In this document: piece by piece, positions 59,019 to 64,000 of the stretch
Layout: each line of letters opens with the position of its first letter
Numbering within the stretch: position 1 is the stretch's first letter
Program-made: the position numbers and the translations under genes
NCBI RefSeq assembly: GCF_009914755.1
Contig: NC_060931.1
Source of the DNA: the human T2T-CHM13v2.0 reference genome, Homo sapiens
Length of the DNA: 64,000 nt
Direction: 5' to 3' (one strand)
Notes under the pieces: generated by a model
Seen by the model: the letters and a program-made list of their open reading frames with translations, nothing else
Told to the model about the DNA's origin: nothing
Databases searched by the model: none

Positions 59019-59199
59019 TCACCCAAATATGAGAAATTCTCCCATATATACATACTTGTATCTAGATGACTAATCTCTGGAAAGCTATAAGAAAACACTG
59101 GTTCTTTCCAAGGAAGGGATGGTCAAAAGGTAGGCTAACTTAACACTGTTCACTCTTTTTAAGACCTCTGTATTTCTTGTATCATGCACAGGTATTGCC

Positions 59200-61977
<2,778 letters not shown>

Positions 61978-62122
61978 CTGTATCCTACCTGCCAAAAACA
62001 GTTTTAAATGCATTATGTCTTTGGATTTAGCAAGGAATTCACCTTTGCAGGCCCACTTACATACAACATTATAAATATACCAGGTGATTCATTGTACTAT
62101 TCACAGTAAAAGACTGAAAGAA

Positions 62123-62673
<551 letters not shown>

Positions 62674-64000
62674 TTACACAAGAAACCTCTGAGGTTTCTG
62701 GAGATGTAAACTGGGGGCATGAAGGCAGGGGAAAGGGAGAGACTTCACTGTTTACCTTTTAATTATTTTCCAATTTTAAATCATTTGAATGTATAACTTG
62801 TCTAAAAATCAAATTTTAAAAGTTGAGGGAATTAACATTACAGAAAGTAACAAACCTCAAGGAAGCAGCCACCTTCACCAGATGGATAGTCTACCTCACT
62901 CTTCCCACTCTCCAGTAGTTACTGAATGCCAGTCCCCTCCCTCCATTCAGTCTGCCCCACCTGCTGGCCTTCTAGAGCCTCAGTGCAGTCCTATTCCCAC
63001 ACCTCCCAACACATCCATACACTGTGATGGTCGATCTGGGACCACCAGTTGAGAGGAAATGTGTTGTGTTTCCACTCTTGAGACAAACAGAGTGTTATTT
63101 TATTGAGGTATGGGATTTTTTTCTTGCATTAACAGGGTTTCTAGATCCCAGGAGGTGAATGAGAAAGAAGTATGCTTTTATTGCATAAGGAATTTGTTTC
63201 TGATACACCAAAGTGATGATGTATGACTTTTCTTAAGGAAGCGGTTATTAGAAGAGTTAAAAATAAATAGAAACAAAAAGTCATAGGTATTGTTCCAATA
63301 CTCCAGGAACATCACAGTTTGGATTCTGTAGATGTGTGTAATATAATGTGTAATATTACATTCTGACAACCTCAAGTTGAAAACTGCACAGCTGAAGATC
63401 ACTTATAGTCAATAATACTTTTCAAACTTTAATTTTAAATTCATCAAGTCTCTCCCTAATGTATTGTACTTTTTAATAAAGGAAACTGTCAGATATGCTA
63501 TAATACAGAGGAAAACGTTTATATACTCTTTCATTATAATTTTTCCACAACTTCCAAAATGAAGAAAAAGACATGGAAACATTAAGCTCATAGAATAATT
63601 GTGGCAGACAATTCCCTCATCCTAAAAGTTCAATTACCCCAACACAGGCATAATTTCTTACTAACTCAAAAGGAACTGAATTCACATATAAAGACAAGCA
63701 TGGGATTCTGTTGAGTTCTGTTGGACACAAGACACAATTGCTCAAGCACTGGTTGAGCACTTGTATTCTAATAGCTCACGGTTACTGAGCACTCCATGTG
63801 TGGGAAGAGCCAGTGCTGGGTGCCTGGCATGCATCCTTGCACCTCATCAGCACAACTATCCTATGGGCTCATCCTGGTTCACCTATTTTATAAATGAGAA
63901 CACTAGCATCAAAGAAGTTAAAAAATTTGCCTAAAAACACCCAGAGTAGGTTTCATCATTGCCCACTACTTTATAATGTTTTCCCAAGGGTACTGAGACA

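Noticed and set aside
62789-63052. 87-aa P/S-rich plus-strand ORF
   Set aside because: No recognisable homology or exon structure; probably old repeat or chance

Overview
AT-rich primate (very probably human) genomic DNA. The whole window lies inside the minus-strand gene KMT2C (MLL3, H3K4 methyltransferase). I traced 25 consecutive GT-AG coding exons from 54319 down to 900. They join in one open frame and correspond to about exons 24-48 of the reference transcript (numbering recalled, not computed). They include the three giant exons of 1884, 1820 and 1710 nt and the HMG-box region. A further in-frame 165-nt exon (4651-4815) looks like an alternatively spliced cassette. Introns hold about 29 Alu or Alu-monomer copies, L1, L2 and MIR remnants, about ten DNA-transposon fossils and several microsatellites. 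I found no RNA genes, CRISPR arrays or additional protein genes, and no convincing new 'system'. The best leads concern splicing control: a candidate 23-nt frameshifting poison microexon in intron 41, and a cassette exon bracketed by inverted Alus together with a tandem donor and two NAGNAG acceptors. Also notable are the A9 and T27 microsatellite-instability targets, a very young AluY insertion and several nested or chimeric insertions.
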